Positions 44,929 through 55,287 of a stretch of DNA of 56,517 bases are shown here, one piece after another. Every line of letters begins with the position of its first letter. Within the stretch, counting starts at the first letter, position 1. The notes under the pieces are model-generated. The model ran no database searches, was not told where the DNA came from, and was given only the letters and a program-made list of their open reading frames with translations. A program made the position numbers and the translations under genes. Source of the DNA: a virus; the IMG/VR virus record IMGVR_UViG_3300033150_002389. One strand, written 5' to 3'.

Positions 44929-46587
44929 TCAATCCATGCCCCATAATCTTACCTGTGTCGGCACCCTGCGCTTTTTGCCCCTCGGCGGGCTGGTAGCAGA
45001 GCGCCCCTCCCTGCCGTTTAGGGGATAGGCGTATTGAACGAATTTCAAGCACTCCTCAAGTTCACGCAGCGTCATATTCCGTCTGGCCTTACGGAAATGC
45101 GCCTTGACCTCGGCGTTTATCCTCTGGGGCTTGTACCGATTCTCGAAGCTGAACCTGGCAATGTGGCGGCTTATCCGGGCAAGGAGCTCCTCCTCCATAT
45201 CTTTTACCGTAATCGTTTGCGAGGGCCTCCCTGCATCCGAGGCTGCCCCATACATGGAGATCTCGCGCGACCCGGTAATTTCTCCGCCCAAAGGAGTAAT
45301 CCAGGGCTCTCTTTCTGGCTCCCGACTATCTCCTGCAGCCTTGTTGGGCGCCCTTTCTACGTCACCGACTATGGGCACCTGCTCTTGACGAATAGCCTCA
45401 ACCACCTCGGAAAATAGGGGGTCGTCCGGCGCGAAAACGTAGGCAACCTGGCTTTCATAGGGTCCAGCGCTGGGATCAATGCGGACCGCCCTGGAGATCA
45501 TCTGCTCTATCCAGGGGAGCGTCCGGATGTGCGTGAGGCATATAATGTGCGAGATCTGCGGGACATCGAGCCCCTCATAGGCCATTGCTATGGTCACCAA
45601 AATATCCAGCCCCCCGAATCTAAACTCCTTTATGTTCTTCAGGGCCACCGGGCTGTCATGAGACGTTGCTATTTTCGCCTTATAGCCCATCGCCTTGAGC
45701 AACCCAGCAAAGTGCTTGGCATGCGAGTAGTTGGCTGTGACGACAAGAAGCTTTGATATTGTGCTGCGTTCTTTATGGCGGGACCAATGTTCGAGGCCTC
45801 TTTTCAGGATTTGCTCTGCAAATTGGGTGCTCAAGGCGGTAAAAAGGGCTGCCGAGGCCTCCTCGTTCATCTTGGACAGTTTCCCGGACCGCCGCACGCC
45901 CTGTTTCGTTTCCCATTCCACGTAACCGTCCGATAGGTAAAAGCGCAAAGGAATGATTGCTTGCTCCATCAATGCGGCGCTCCGGGAATATCGAATAAAG
46001 GCGGACTCCTCTCCCTGGGCAGGGGCGGGTCGAAATATTCCTGGCTCTTCTTCAATGTAGGGGATAAATGCAATGCGGGCATTATCTCCACGCTCAAGGG
46101 TACCAGACATAAGGATTCGGTATTCGGCAAGTCGCACAATATCACGTAGGCAGCCAGCCCAAGCACCGCCGTACTCGCAGTGGTGGAACTCATCGAGAAT
46201 GAGGATATATCGCCTTCGGAGAAACTCTCGGTATACCGTCCGATCATGGTCTACCCCCAATGCTTGGTATGTGGTGATAAAGCCGCTCTGCCCTCGGCAC
46301 GGATCCGTTTCATTCGTAGACGATCGGATGGTCAACTGGTGGTCAAACATACGGCGAAAGAACGGATCAAGGAAATTGCGTTCTCCCTGGTCCTGGAGCG
46401 ATTTGCGCGGCACCACCCAGCAGAGCCGATCGGCCAACCCTGCGGTGATCAGCCGACCGGCAATGATTGGAATGGCCGACTTCCCTCCCCCAGGGACCAC
46501 ATGAAGCGTAATCGTGTGAATGGGATCCCCGCTAATAATGCGCTCCATCACGCAATCAAACTCTGCTTGGTGCTTTCGCTTCTGCAT
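44929..46587 (-). CDS. superfamily 2 helicase (DEAD/DEAH-like)
   Basis: Walker A VVPGGGKSAIP, motif II LDEFHH, motif III MSGT. Confidence 0.6.
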   Translation of the reverse strand: MQKRKHQAEFDCVMERIISGDPIHTITLHVVPGGGKSAIPIIAGRLITAGLADRLCWVVPRKSLQDQGERNFLDPFFRRMFDHQLTIRSSTNETDPCRGQSGFITTYQALGVDHDRTVYREFLRRRYILILDEFHHCEYGGAWAGCLRDIVRLAEYRILMSGTLERGDNARIAFIPYIEEEPGIFRPAPAQGEESAFIRYSRSAALMEQAIIPLRFYLSDGYVEWETKQGVRRSGKLSKMNEEASAALFTALSTQFAEQILKRGLEHWSRHKERSTISKLLVVTANYSHAKHFAGLLKAMGYKAKIATSHDSPVALKNIKEFRFGGLDILVTIAMAYEGLDVPQISHIICLTHIRTLPWIEQMISRAVRIDPSAGPYESQVAYVFAPDDPLFSEVVEAIRQEQVPIVGDVERAPNKAAGDSREPEREPWITPLGGEITGSREISMYGAASDAGRPSQTITVKDMEEELLARISRHIARFSFENRYKPQRINAEVKAHFRKARRNMTLRELEECLKFVQYAYPLNGREGRSATSPPRGKKRRVPTQVRLWGMD

Positions 46588-46741
46588 CCTCAGTCAGTTT
46601 CTCCAGGTATTCGTACAATTCAATGCCTATGGCCTCTATCAGCTCACGTTCTTGGTCTTTAGCCAAGTCATAGCTATTCTTGGGAGGCTCCGCCAGGATC
46701 TCATAGGGATCCCTGTCATCGTTGGATGAATAGGGTGCCAT
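46556..46741 (-). CDS. hypothetical small acidic protein
   Basis: ORF track. Confidence 0.3.
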   Translation of the reverse strand: MAPYSSNDDRDPYEILAEPPKNSYDLAKDQERELIEAIGIELYEYLEKLTEDAEAKAPSRV

Positions 46742-46765
46742 AAGCTTATTGCTTTCATTGGTTGG

Positions 46766-47140
46766 TTAACCTCTTAAAGCAGTTATTATCTTTTTCTTTA
46801 TAAACTGGAGTAATGTCATATTTTCCAGTTCTCTGATCTTCTTTCTTAATCGAGCATTCTCGCGATAATCACTTTCACGCCTCTTCTCTTGGGCTTCGAA
46901 AACTGCAAAGGGCAAGCCAAGCGCTGTCTGGGTAGCTTGATCCCACCCTATTACCACATCAAGGCCATAGAAATTACGGAACCTTTTCCCCTTAACCATT
47001 TCTCTGGTTATTACAATCTCTTTATTCGGTTCAAATAAACCGTGTGCCAACAAATATTCTGGGCCATAGCGAGCAATAGGCTGGAAATCATTAGGTTTTA
47101 CCTTTTCAATTTTTACGTCCCTTACAAGTATCATCTCCAA
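46766..47140 (-). CDS. hypothetical protein
   Basis: ORF track. Confidence 0.4.
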   Translation of the reverse strand: MEMILVRDVKIEKVKPNDFQPIARYGPEYLLAHGLFEPNKEIVITREMVKGKRFRNFYGLDVVIGWDQATQTALGLPFAVFEAQEKRRESDYRENARLRKKIRELENMTLLQFIKKKIITALRG

Positions 47141-47342
47141 ACCTACTTCTTCTTAGACACGAGACCTTGGAGATCTCTCCACCGTTCTCTAGCCATTTTG
47201 CTAGGGCCTTACCGGAAATCAGATGTTTGCCGCCCAACCTCCGCGATGGAAGGGCAGCCCTATGGATCAGCGCATATACCGTGAGCTCATGTACCCGGAG
47301 GAACTTTGCTACCTCTTTGACACTATAGATCTCATCTTCCAT
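47106..47342 (-). CDS. HTH_17 (excisionase/MerR-like) DNA-binding protein
   Basis: internal ATG at 47342 of ORF 47106-47537; YSVKEVAKFLRVHELTVYALIHRAALPSRRLGGKHLI. Confidence 0.45.
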   Translation of the reverse strand: MEDEIYSVKEVAKFLRVHELTVYALIHRAALPSRRLGGKHLISGKALAKWLENGGEISKVSCLRRSRFGDDTCKGRKN

Positions 47343-47361
47343 TCGCTTCCACCTACCTAAC

Positions 47362-47553
47362 TTATTTCGCATATCCCTCCAGTCCCTTCTCAATGACGAG
47401 CCATTCTGGTAACAGCAACTCGTTCGCTGTCCGATCCTCCCAGAGTATTTGGCTTTCGGGGATCCATGCTTCGTCATCACCAAACCTAAAGAGCCGCGCC
47501 CTGCCGGTATCACAGAGCTGACCATCATAAATGACAATCATCTCCTTGGGCAT
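47362..47553 (-). CDS. hypothetical small protein
   Basis: GGAGG SD; ORF track. Confidence 0.4.
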   Translation of the reverse strand: MPKEMIVIYDGQLCDTGRARLFRFGDDEAWIPESQILWEDRTANELLLPEWLVIEKGLEGYAK

Positions 47554-47562
47554 ACCCCCTCC

Positions 47563-48465
47563 CTACTTCAGCGGAAAGGGTAATTCCTGACAGACAAAAC
47601 CAGCAGCAGCCTTGTGTCCGCCGCCTCCATATTCTTTTGCTATCTCGGAAACATCAACCTCCGGCTTGGCGCTGTACAGGTAAACTACCCATTTATCCTT
47701 TTGGTATGCAAACGCGATCATGGCATCATATTGGCCTGTATCTACTGAGTTGAAAAGCTTGGTATTGCCGAATGCCCGATTAATCGCAATGCACTTTAGG
47801 TTGTTGAAATAAACAGGGAACCACGTAGCTTGGGCATACTTCTTGTTGTCCCGTTCAATGTATTTGAGCACCACCTCGCCCTCATTGATAATTCTTTCGC
47901 ATATGCTTTGGTAGAAAAGGCTACGCCAGAAGTCCTGATTTTCAGGTGCTGTGTCATGCAGGCGAACCCCATATTGGAAAGGCAGGGTTCGCGGGTCGAA
48001 GTGATCCCAAACGTCGTATTCTGCAAGCAACCGAACGAAAAGGGGCGGTCCTTCCGGTAAGCCCTGAAGGAGAGGATGAAGGCGCTTCCTCAAATATCTC
48101 CAAACAAGCTCGCATGCACCAGCACCAACCTCCCTGATGCCACAAATGGAAAGATATGCGGGATGCCTGTTGTTCCATTCCTTATGGGCCTCTATCGCTG
48201 ACTTGTGGTGATCTATCCAAATGAGCTTGTTATCCGTTAATTGCTGCAGCTTGACCATCTCTTCAAAAGGCTGAAGGGAGAAATCCACCATGAAAATTCT
48301 GCCTATCTCGGCCAGTGAATCAAGCCTTACAAGGTCCCAGGGGAATTTGTCACCATAGTCAATAGGGTGCAATTCACATTCAGGATATGCCATCTTGACG
48401 AGAGCACCTGAACAATGCCCGTCAAGATCTGCGGAGTGATAAAAGCACAATATTCTATTTGACAT
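47563..48465 (-). CDS. DHH-family phosphoesterase (NrnA/RecJ-like)
   Basis: CFYHSADLDGHCSG (DHH motif I), IWIDHHKS, GGGGHKAAAGF (DHHA1); AAGGAGG upstream of ATG at 48465. Confidence 0.6.
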   Translation of the reverse strand: MSNRILCFYHSADLDGHCSGALVKMAYPECELHPIDYGDKFPWDLVRLDSLAEIGRIFMVDFSLQPFEEMVKLQQLTDNKLIWIDHHKSAIEAHKEWNNRHPAYLSICGIREVGAGACELVWRYLRKRLHPLLQGLPEGPPLFVRLLAEYDVWDHFDPRTLPFQYGVRLHDTAPENQDFWRSLFYQSICERIINEGEVVLKYIERDNKKYAQATWFPVYFNNLKCIAINRAFGNTKLFNSVDTGQYDAMIAFAYQKDKWVVYLYSAKPEVDVSEIAKEYGGGGHKAAAGFVCQELPFPLK

Positions 48466-48850
48466 GAGTTCCTCCTTCCCACACAACATTTTCAAGTGTT
48501 CTAATTATCATGTGAGTGGCTTCTGTAATATCGTCTACCCCAAGAGCAAACCTTTGCTCGATCATTCCCACCAAAGGGGCAAGAAATAGTTCCATGACTT
48601 CGTGAAAAGCTGTTCGCTCAATTAATGCCTTGTCTATTGAAATGTCTTCATATTCCCGAAATTCTGTGTTCAACGCAAATATTGCCTGTCGATGAATGAG
48701 GTTATATCTTATTTGCGCTCGCTCGTTGGCGAGCGTCTCTGTGGTAAAGTGGAGTTGCCAGCATTTGAGCCCAAAAACATCAACCCACTTTCCGACATGC
48801 TTCTTAAATAACTCAAAATCAGCCTTGCTTGTTTTATAGGTCCTTGCCAC
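48455..48850 (-). CDS. hypothetical protein
   Basis: ORF track. Confidence 0.4.
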   Translation of the reverse strand: MARTYKTSKADFELFKKHVGKWVDVFGLKCWQLHFTTETLANERAQIRYNLIHRQAIFALNTEFREYEDISIDKALIERTAFHEVMELFLAPLVGMIEQRFALGVDDITEATHMIIRTLENVVWEGGTHVK

Positions 48851-48877
48851 CCGTGTATATACTCCCTGTCGTGCCTC

Positions 48878-51181
48878 CTATGCGCCTGCGTTCACCTCAA
48901 CTCCGCCGCTCTGAAACAGCACCTGGTGATCCGCCATGGCCACGCACTCTGGCTTATGGCTGATGAAAAAGCATGATTCAAACCCGCCAGAGACCATGAA
49001 CGCTCTATACAGGCGAATGAAGTTCAAGGCGTTTTCTACGTCCAGCGCCCCATCTTCCTCGTCGGCCAAACACGTGAGGAAATTGTGGCCGCTCTTTTCT
49101 TTGCTGATCAGCGTCATTGCCAGGCGCAGAGCCTTTAGTATCCATATTTTCTCCCCGCCTGAGAGGTTCTCAAGCAGCGGCTCGCTGCCGTCCTCCCGCA
49201 TGACGAGGACTTGCAGAACTTCCCTGCCCTCCTCGTCCTGGGTCCGGAGGCGCACCGTGAACAGAGGGCCAAAAGCCTGGCTGAGCAATTCGTTCGCGTA
49301 TGCGCTGATGGCCGGCGCGACGCTATCAATCTCCAGCGCCCTGAGGCCATTCGCCCCGCACGCCGTCTGTAGGTATGCCCACTCAGACACCTCGTTCTTC
49401 ACCCTCCCAATTTCTCCTTGTAGCGCAGCAAGCTTTTCTTTCTCCCGTTCCGCCTGTTGAAGCTGATTTTCAAGCACCGCGATGTTCCTGGAGGTTTCGG
49501 CGCACGCCTTTTCACCCTGGGCGAACTCCCCTTGCAGAGCCTCAATCTTCCCTTTCAGCTCCGCGACCCTTGACTCCGCTTTCTCGTCTATCCCCGCTTT
49601 GACCTCCTCTTTCATCTTTGCGAGTACCCTGATTTCCTCCTGCTTGGCGCGTACCTTCTTATCCCATTTCTCCTTGGCCAGATGGCGATCCTTCACCAGA
49701 GCGAACAGCCGGTCGTCTGTAGAGGAAACTGCTGCACGCGCCGTCTCAAGTTGGGATGCCTTATCCCCGAATGCCTTGTTCCGGCTGATTATCTGTTGCT
49801 GCTCTGTGATCGCTTTTTTGACCCGCGCGATGCTCTCACCGAGTTTACCCTGCTCACCCTCAAGGGAGCGCAACCTTTCGGTAGCGGAGCGGATGTCTTT
49901 TTCCACCGCCTCAAGCCGCTTTTCCTGCTCGGCTTTTAATTCTCCTATCTGGCGTTCGAGGCCCGGAATCGCTTTTTGGGATTCTATGGACCTGGCGATA
50001 AATGAGCAGGTAGTGGACCGGCAGGCAGGGTCGCGGAGATTTAAAGTCTTCAAATCCTCCTTCGCTGCCTTGAGCCTGGCCTCAAGGACTGCGAGGTCCT
50101 TAGCTTCGCTCAAGCTCGCTTTTTCAGCCTTCGCTTTGGCGAGCTCCTCCTTTACTCTGCCAATAGAACCTTGGGCTTCATCATTTTTTGCCCTCGTATC
50201 CTCCAGATCCTTTAGGAGACCTGCTAGCCTCGCAGCGGCCTCCTCTGATTCCCTCACCGCACTGGTGATCCTGTCGCCTTCCTCAAGGATGCCCTTATAG
50301 CGCGCAATTTCCCCCTCAAGCTTAGCTATTTCCCGGCCAAACCTTTCAATCTCCTCCCGGGCATCCCCCTCAATGGCTGCAAGGTCCCTCCGGGCGGCCT
50401 CATGGCTTTCGCTGTAGGCATCGAGCTTAGCGCGCAGGACCCTGTTCTTGCTCTCAGTCTCGCTGGCAATGTCAAGCTCATTCTTTACGCGCTCCAACTC
50501 ACCTGCCAGCCCCTGGGTTCGCTTATTCTGTTGCTCATACCGCTGCCTTTCCGTGATCAGCTTTATCCTCAGCCCTTCGATCTCGCCCACTATGCGTTCA
50601 AGGTGCTGGACCTCTTTTTGCAACTGGTTTGCCTTTCCACTCAGGACCTGGCCAATTTGCTTCGCGGTCTGCTCCCATTCAACGTAGCGGTCCAGGCGGA
50701 GGAATTCGGTAAACAACGATTTAAGCTGCCCCGGGGTCATGTCCGTGATTTTTTCTGCGCCCTGGGCGCAGAACACGCTGTTGAAAAAGAGCCGAGAACT
50801 ACCGAAGAGCCCCTCAATATAGCGATCGTAGTCCCGCACCTTGCCGTTCACCTGGGGATCCCCGTTCTTCCAGATAAACCCTTCCTGGCGCTCGCTGTCA
50901 CAATCAATCTTCAGGAGGGTCCGGTAGACATCGCCATTCCACCTGAAGGAAAGCTCCCTGTAGCTATCCCTCAAGAACACGTGGTGCTGCAGCGCCCTCT
51001 TGCGTGATGCGAAGGCGCGAAACGGTTGGAGGTTCTCAAGGAGTGAGGTCTTCCCCCTGCCGTTTTGCCCGGCAATAGCAACCAGACCGGAAAGACTGGA
51101 CAGATCAAGGGCGAGGTCGTCGAGCCCCAGCCCTTTCTTGATGCCGATGAATCCGCGCAGTTTGATCGACTCAATTTTCAT
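48878..51181 (-). CDS. sbcC: SbcC/Rad50-like ATPase
   Basis: Walker A GQNGRGKTSLLE, long coiled coil with central Cys hook-like CRSTTC, signature LSGGEKIW, Walker B/D-loop ADEEDGALD. Confidence 0.7.
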   Translation of the reverse strand: MKIESIKLRGFIGIKKGLGLDDLALDLSSLSGLVAIAGQNGRGKTSLLENLQPFRAFASRKRALQHHVFLRDSYRELSFRWNGDVYRTLLKIDCDSERQEGFIWKNGDPQVNGKVRDYDRYIEGLFGSSRLFFNSVFCAQGAEKITDMTPGQLKSLFTEFLRLDRYVEWEQTAKQIGQVLSGKANQLQKEVQHLERIVGEIEGLRIKLITERQRYEQQNKRTQGLAGELERVKNELDIASETESKNRVLRAKLDAYSESHEAARRDLAAIEGDAREEIERFGREIAKLEGEIARYKGILEEGDRITSAVRESEEAAARLAGLLKDLEDTRAKNDEAQGSIGRVKEELAKAKAEKASLSEAKDLAVLEARLKAAKEDLKTLNLRDPACRSTTCSFIARSIESQKAIPGLERQIGELKAEQEKRLEAVEKDIRSATERLRSLEGEQGKLGESIARVKKAITEQQQIISRNKAFGDKASQLETARAAVSSTDDRLFALVKDRHLAKEKWDKKVRAKQEEIRVLAKMKEEVKAGIDEKAESRVAELKGKIEALQGEFAQGEKACAETSRNIAVLENQLQQAEREKEKLAALQGEIGRVKNEVSEWAYLQTACGANGLRALEIDSVAPAISAYANELLSQAFGPLFTVRLRTQDEEGREVLQVLVMREDGSEPLLENLSGGEKIWILKALRLAMTLISKEKSGHNFLTCLADEEDGALDVENALNFIRLYRAFMVSGGFESCFFISHKPECVAMADHQVLFQSGGVEVNAGA

Positions 51182-51404
51182 TTATTCCTCCGTCCCAGCC
51201 GTTGGCCTTGCGGCCATGCTTCGTCAACGCATCGCCCAGTTCTATCGCTTGATCTCCAGTCATGGCGAGCCACAACACGGGCACGCCGAAACTGACCACG
51301 ACCTTTTCCCCATCGGTCGGGATGCCGATCCGGAGCTCGCCCTCATCATGCTCGTTAATCTTGCCCTCCGGAAATCTGCCGGTAGGGCCTATCTTCTTCT
51401 CCAT
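51171..51404 (-). CDS. hypothetical small protein between sbcD and sbcC
   Basis: AAGGAGG 4 nt upstream of ATG at 51404. Confidence 0.4.
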   Translation of the reverse strand: MEKKIGPTGRFPEGKINEHDEGELRIGIPTDGEKVVVSFGVPVLWLAMTGDQAIELGDALTKHGRKANGWDGGINEN

Positions 51405-51445
51405 TACGCCTCCTTTCAAAGCTATTAACCCCTGGGGTTAATCTT

Positions 51446-52681
51446 TTAGCGTGATACCCGCTCGACAAGCTCCTGTGCTGGCAGGGCTTCGAGGCTATCG
51501 GCCTTTTCCAGAATGCTCTCCGGCACCCCGTTTTCTCCGGACACCCGGGCTCGCTCAAGAATTTTCTCTCTCAGCTTTTGCGCTTTCAGGATAGTTTCGC
51601 ACCTCACATTCTCCCTGGGTACTCGCACGATCCGCACCTCAACCGAGCTTGCCCTGTAAACGCTAAAGTCGCCGTCAAGGTAGAATTTCTTGATTCCCTC
51701 AGGGTCCAACTGTTCCGCTTCATCCTGCCACACCCTCAGCTCCACGCGCAGGGCAGCCCCCTGGACCTCTTCAGGGGCCAGGCTATACAGCACGATGTCT
51801 AGGTCGTGCAGCGTATCCTCCTCATGGCGGGTGAAGTCATATATGAGCCTTGTGAGTTTGCGGTGGGGTGTTTTGATGAATTGGGACAGCGTTGCGGTCC
51901 CATCAATTGTCTGTATGTAATAGCCCTTATCTTCCTTCTCGCCATAATTGAGAGGGTAAAGGGACCCGGAATAGAAGATGTTGGGTTCGATACTCTGGCG
52001 CTTGTGTATGTGCCCGAGGAGAACCAGGTGGGCGTTGGCCAGTGAAAGCTGGTCTTTGCCAATCTCAATCTCGCGCCCGACCATGACCTGGCTTTCAGAT
52101 ATCTCTGCGCCCCGGACAGAGAAGTGGCCCACTAAAATGTGGGGGCAGCTAAACTGCGAAGCGATGTCCCCGAACCCTGCGAAGATGCCGCTCATGGTCT
52201 GAGAGATTTCCTGGTCCGTCTCGAGGATCCCGCCGCGGCTGTCCCAGAACTGCTTTGTCGGCGCGGGAACAAGACTTACGATCAAGTCGCAATCGCTTAT
52301 GTCAGGGGATGCGGTGTCCCAGAAATCCTGCATTGTCCAGATTTCCCCCTTCGCGACTACGATCTGCTCCGGCACCGCAGATACCCAGATGCCCGGGTTA
52401 TTGATGTGTGCCAGTATTTCGGGCGCTTTGCCGTCGTGCGACGGCGTTCCCGTTACACATATCACCGGCGCAATAGCTGCTATCTGGGAGAACCAGCCCA
52501 CCGCGAGCCTTGCCGAATCCGACCCGAGCTTGACCGCCTGGTTGTCGAAAATATCTCCCGCCACGACCACGAGGTCGGGCCGCTCCACCTGCGCCTTTTC
52601 TGTTACAGCATGCAGGCAACGCCAGCACTGATCTATATCGTGGTCACGAATATGCAGGTCTGCCAAGTGGAATATCTTCAC
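51446..52681 (-). CDS. sbcD: SbcD/Mre11-like metallophosphoesterase nuclease
   Basis: calcineurin-like motifs HLADLHI, GDIFD, LVGHFS, LLGHIH. Confidence 0.7.
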   Translation of the reverse strand: MKIFHLADLHIRDHDIDQCWRCLHAVTEKAQVERPDLVVVAGDIFDNQAVKLGSDSARLAVGWFSQIAAIAPVICVTGTPSHDGKAPEILAHINNPGIWVSAVPEQIVVAKGEIWTMQDFWDTASPDISDCDLIVSLVPAPTKQFWDSRGGILETDQEISQTMSGIFAGFGDIASQFSCPHILVGHFSVRGAEISESQVMVGREIEIGKDQLSLANAHLVLLGHIHKRQSIEPNIFYSGSLYPLNYGEKEDKGYYIQTIDGTATLSQFIKTPHRKLTRLIYDFTRHEEDTLHDLDIVLYSLAPEEVQGAALRVELRVWQDEAEQLDPEGIKKFYLDGDFSVYRASSVEVRIVRVPRENVRCETILKAQKLREKILERARVSGENGVPESILEKADSLEALPAQELVERVSR

Positions 52682-52953
52682 GAGCCTGCCTCCGAGTTTT
52701 TGAAGTTGAATGAGACTTGCTCGGCATCGACATAGTCGATGGTCGAGTCCTTGACCTTATCCTTCACGAAGCTGATCGAGGTCTCTACTTTGAAGCGGCC
52801 GTTGTCGGTCTCCTCAATCTTTGTTCCCAGCGCTATGGAGAATTTCCTCTCGTCGCATTTGAGATAGGCTTCATTCAGTTCATCCTTGTATTCCGACAAG
52901 AGCCTGCTTACGCTCTCCTCAATCGTTTGAATCACCTCTTGGTTCAATCTCAT
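52678..52953 (-). CDS. hypothetical protein
   Basis: ORF track; overlapping stop/start chain. Confidence 0.4.
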   Translation of the reverse strand: MRLNQEVIQTIEESVSRLLSEYKDELNEAYLKCDERKFSIALGTKIEETDNGRFKVETSISFVKDKVKDSTIDYVDAEQVSFNFKNSEAGS

Positions 52954-53156
52954 GGCGTTGCCTCCTCGCTTTCCACTTCGACCGCGAACACGGTCTTCGT
53001 GTCCGCGCCGTCCGCCCGCTCAAGCTGGCTGAAGCACTCCGCCGGGGTCTCGCCCACGCAGAGGACCTTCGAGAGCGGACCCTTCTGCTCCACGCCGACC
53101 CAGCGCCGCACGGCCATGGAGTATTGGATCTCATAGGTTTTGCCCATCTCCCTCAT
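52950..53156 (-). CDS. hypothetical protein
   Basis: ORF track. Confidence 0.35.
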   Translation of the reverse strand: MREMGKTYEIQYSMAVRRWVGVEQKGPLSKVLCVGETPAECFSQLERADGADTKTVFAVEVESEEATP

Positions 53157-53449
53157 CTCCTTATTTTCTCGATCTCAAAGGGACCTTCCGCCACCTTGCT
53201 GAGGGCCTCCACGACGTAGGCGGCAAAGGACGCGCTGTGGAAACGCCTTGCCCTGCGCTTCGAGCCGAGCTCGTACCGACCGCCATCTGCATGACCTACA
53301 AAATACAGCCCCATCTTCCTGTCCTTTATTACGTACTCCTTCGTCATCTCCCTCTCCCATCGTTTGAGCACCCAGCCTGCAAACAGCCCCAAAACCAGTA
53401 CAGCGGTGATCACGCCCAACAGAAAGAATATGCTTGCAAACAACCGCAT
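53153..53449 (-). CDS. membrane protein with N-terminal TM helix
   Basis: MRLFASIFFLLGVITAVLVLGLFAGWVL. Confidence 0.45.
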   Translation of the reverse strand: MRLFASIFFLLGVITAVLVLGLFAGWVLKRWEREMTKEYVIKDRKMGLYFVGHADGGRYELGSKRRARRFHSASFAAYVVEALSKVAEGPFEIEKIRR

Positions 53450-53581
53450 TTATCGCCTCATCAGCCTCAGCATGCCAAGCATTAACAGAAATCCAAGCAG
53501 GTTCGCCCAGGGGAAATAGTCGCCCTCGTTCATGGCCAGAGACATGCCCAGCACGAAAACTATCCCTATTATCCAGTTCAT
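53450..53581 (-). CDS. 43-aa hydrophobic membrane peptide
   Basis: MNWIIGIVFVLGMSLAMNEGDYFPWANLLGFLLMLGMLRLMRR; TAAATG junction with next gene; below ORF-track length cutoff. Confidence 0.35.
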   Translation of the reverse strand: MNWIIGIVFVLGMSLAMNEGDYFPWANLLGFLLMLGMLRLMRR

Positions 53582-53585
53582 CAGC

Positions 53586-54707
53586 CTAGTACGGGTTCTC
53601 CTCTTTGTCGGGCATGGAATTAAGCTTCCGGAAGAAGCCTATGCGGTGTTCAGGCTCCCACTGTAGTATGGGCCTCTTGAGCTGCGTCATGTCATAGCCC
53701 TTACGCGCTGCAAGCAGAGTCAGGGTCTTTATCTGGTCATCCACGCCGCTGTTGATGAAATCAACTTCCCTGCTGTCCCCCTCGGGCGGTCCTCCCTCTG
53801 CCTCTCCGTTTTCAGGGTCCGGGGGTTCCTCGGGTTCTACGTCGATGATGGTGTGAGACCCAGGGGGCCGTTGTTGATCCGGCGGCTTCCCAGGACCAGG
53901 GTCAGAGCCCGGCGCCGGCGCCCCCGCTTTGTATGCGCCCCTGGGGGGGCCGTAGATGCTCGTCATAGCGTCTATGGACGCCTCGGTGAGCTGCCGCCTA
54001 ACCTCCGGGTCCGAGTAATCGGGACGGAATACAACCCGGGCCACAACAAAGGGCTGTTCCAGCTCCTTTTTGGTGTAGGTGCTTTTCATCCCGAGGACGG
54101 CGCGGATCACCCTGTTCATTGCGCCGGATTCGGCCAGTTTCAGTTTATGCTTCCGCTTCTGGAGCAGGTCCCTCCGGATGCAGCGCTGAATGTAAGCTTC
54201 CTTTTCATCCTCAGTCTTCTTCTGCCACCAGGTGGCGTCCTCGTCGGCCTCGTATTTCTCGGCCTTGTTGCGGTACTGCTCCTCCAGCTCCATCTCGATG
54301 ACCTCAAAGTCGAGGTCGTACTCCCCCTTCCAGAACACCCAGGTGCCGTCGGACTTGCGCACCCCGCCGACTGCTTGATAGCTCACATAATTCTTATCGC
54401 TTCTGTCATCCGTGCGCCTTGTCTCGGCAGGGTGCCACATGATGCCAGCGCAAAGGCTCAGCTTCATGAGTGCCTGCTTAGTAAGCGCGTATTTGGTGGG
54501 CTTCCTTTGATTCCCCTGCTCCTGGACGTACACGTCGCCGTCGTCCGGGTTGGGTGATAGGAACACCTGCTCAAGGACGGGCTCGTGCATGTCGGAATAG
54601 GTCCTGAGGGTTTGGGTGGGGACTAACACGTTGAACGACCTTGCCCTGTATTCCTCCAGGGAAAACTCCTTTTGTTCCTGTGCTGATGCGCTATCGTGTT
54701 TGCTCAT
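53586..54707 (-). CDS. hypothetical protein (recombination or replication candidate)
   Basis: 373 aa; Pro/Gly-rich linker; position. Confidence 0.4.
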   Translation of the reverse strand: MSKHDSASAQEQKEFSLEEYRARSFNVLVPTQTLRTYSDMHEPVLEQVFLSPNPDDGDVYVQEQGNQRKPTKYALTKQALMKLSLCAGIMWHPAETRRTDDRSDKNYVSYQAVGGVRKSDGTWVFWKGEYDLDFEVIEMELEEQYRNKAEKYEADEDATWWQKKTEDEKEAYIQRCIRRDLLQKRKHKLKLAESGAMNRVIRAVLGMKSTYTKKELEQPFVVARVVFRPDYSDPEVRRQLTEASIDAMTSIYGPPRGAYKAGAPAPGSDPGPGKPPDQQRPPGSHTIIDVEPEEPPDPENGEAEGGPPEGDSREVDFINSGVDDQIKTLTLLAARKGYDMTQLKRPILQWEPEHRIGFFRKLNSMPDKEENPY

Positions 54708-54912
54708 TTTTCCTCCTCGGTAAGTTATATTTCAGAACCTTCACGATAAGCCCCAACGTCCTCCTGAGTCGCCTGTTTTCCGCAAGGACACTGCCGAGCC
54801 TCTGCCGCAATTCCAGGTTCTGCTGGTAGAGGCGGTCAAGTTCACTATAGATTGGGTTATCAATCATTGAGCTGCACCTCCGTATGCCATCCGCAATCTC
54901 TGCAATAGACAA
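54691..54912 (-). CDS. hypothetical small coiled-coil protein
   Basis: ORF track. Confidence 0.35.
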   Translation of the reverse strand: MSIAEIADGIRRCSSMIDNPIYSELDRLYQQNLELRQRLGSVLAENRRLRRTLGLIVKVLKYNLPRRKNEQTR

Positions 54913-55132
54913 TCGCCTTCGACTTGGAGTTCAAGTAATTCCAGTGGAAGTAGAGCGGTTTTCCGCATTCGATACAGTTCTCACCTTCGACCCGCTGGAG
55001 GCCTCCGTACCATTGCTTCGCAAGGGAATCCAAAACCATTATGCGCATGTCGGCAGCTTCGCGCTCTTCTGAGAATGCACGGCCAAGAGGAGTGAAAAGC
55101 GGTAGCTGCTGCCTTGTGTCCTTTCGGGGCAC
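54860..55132 (-). CDS. zinc-ribbon protein
   Basis: CIECGKPL...YCRDCGWH (CxxC-x18-CxxC). Confidence 0.4.
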   Translation of the reverse strand: MPRKDTRQQLPLFTPLGRAFSEEREAADMRIMVLDSLAKQWYGGLQRVEGENCIECGKPLYFHWNYLNSKSKAIVYCRDCGWHTEVQLND

Positions 55133-55287
55133 GAACCTCTCCCTTCTGGGGCGGGGCCATGGGCCTGGCGGAGACCCCGGCTTTGGCTCCGCAGGCCACT
55201 AGGTCCCGCCCGGGCTCAAAAGGTTATGCTGTTAGGTTGCCCGGTTACGCGCCCCTGCCTAACCTCCTACGCTTTATTTTCTTGGCC

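Noticed and set aside
49482-50300. 272-aa plus-strand ORF opposite sbcC
   Set aside because: Ser/Ala/Leu-rich low-complexity translation antisense to the SbcC coiled-coil region.
53853-54557. 234-aa plus-strand ORF, and the similar 55114-55845 ORF
   Set aside because: Both are antisense to SD-supported minus-strand genes and have Pro/Arg/Leu-rich composition.
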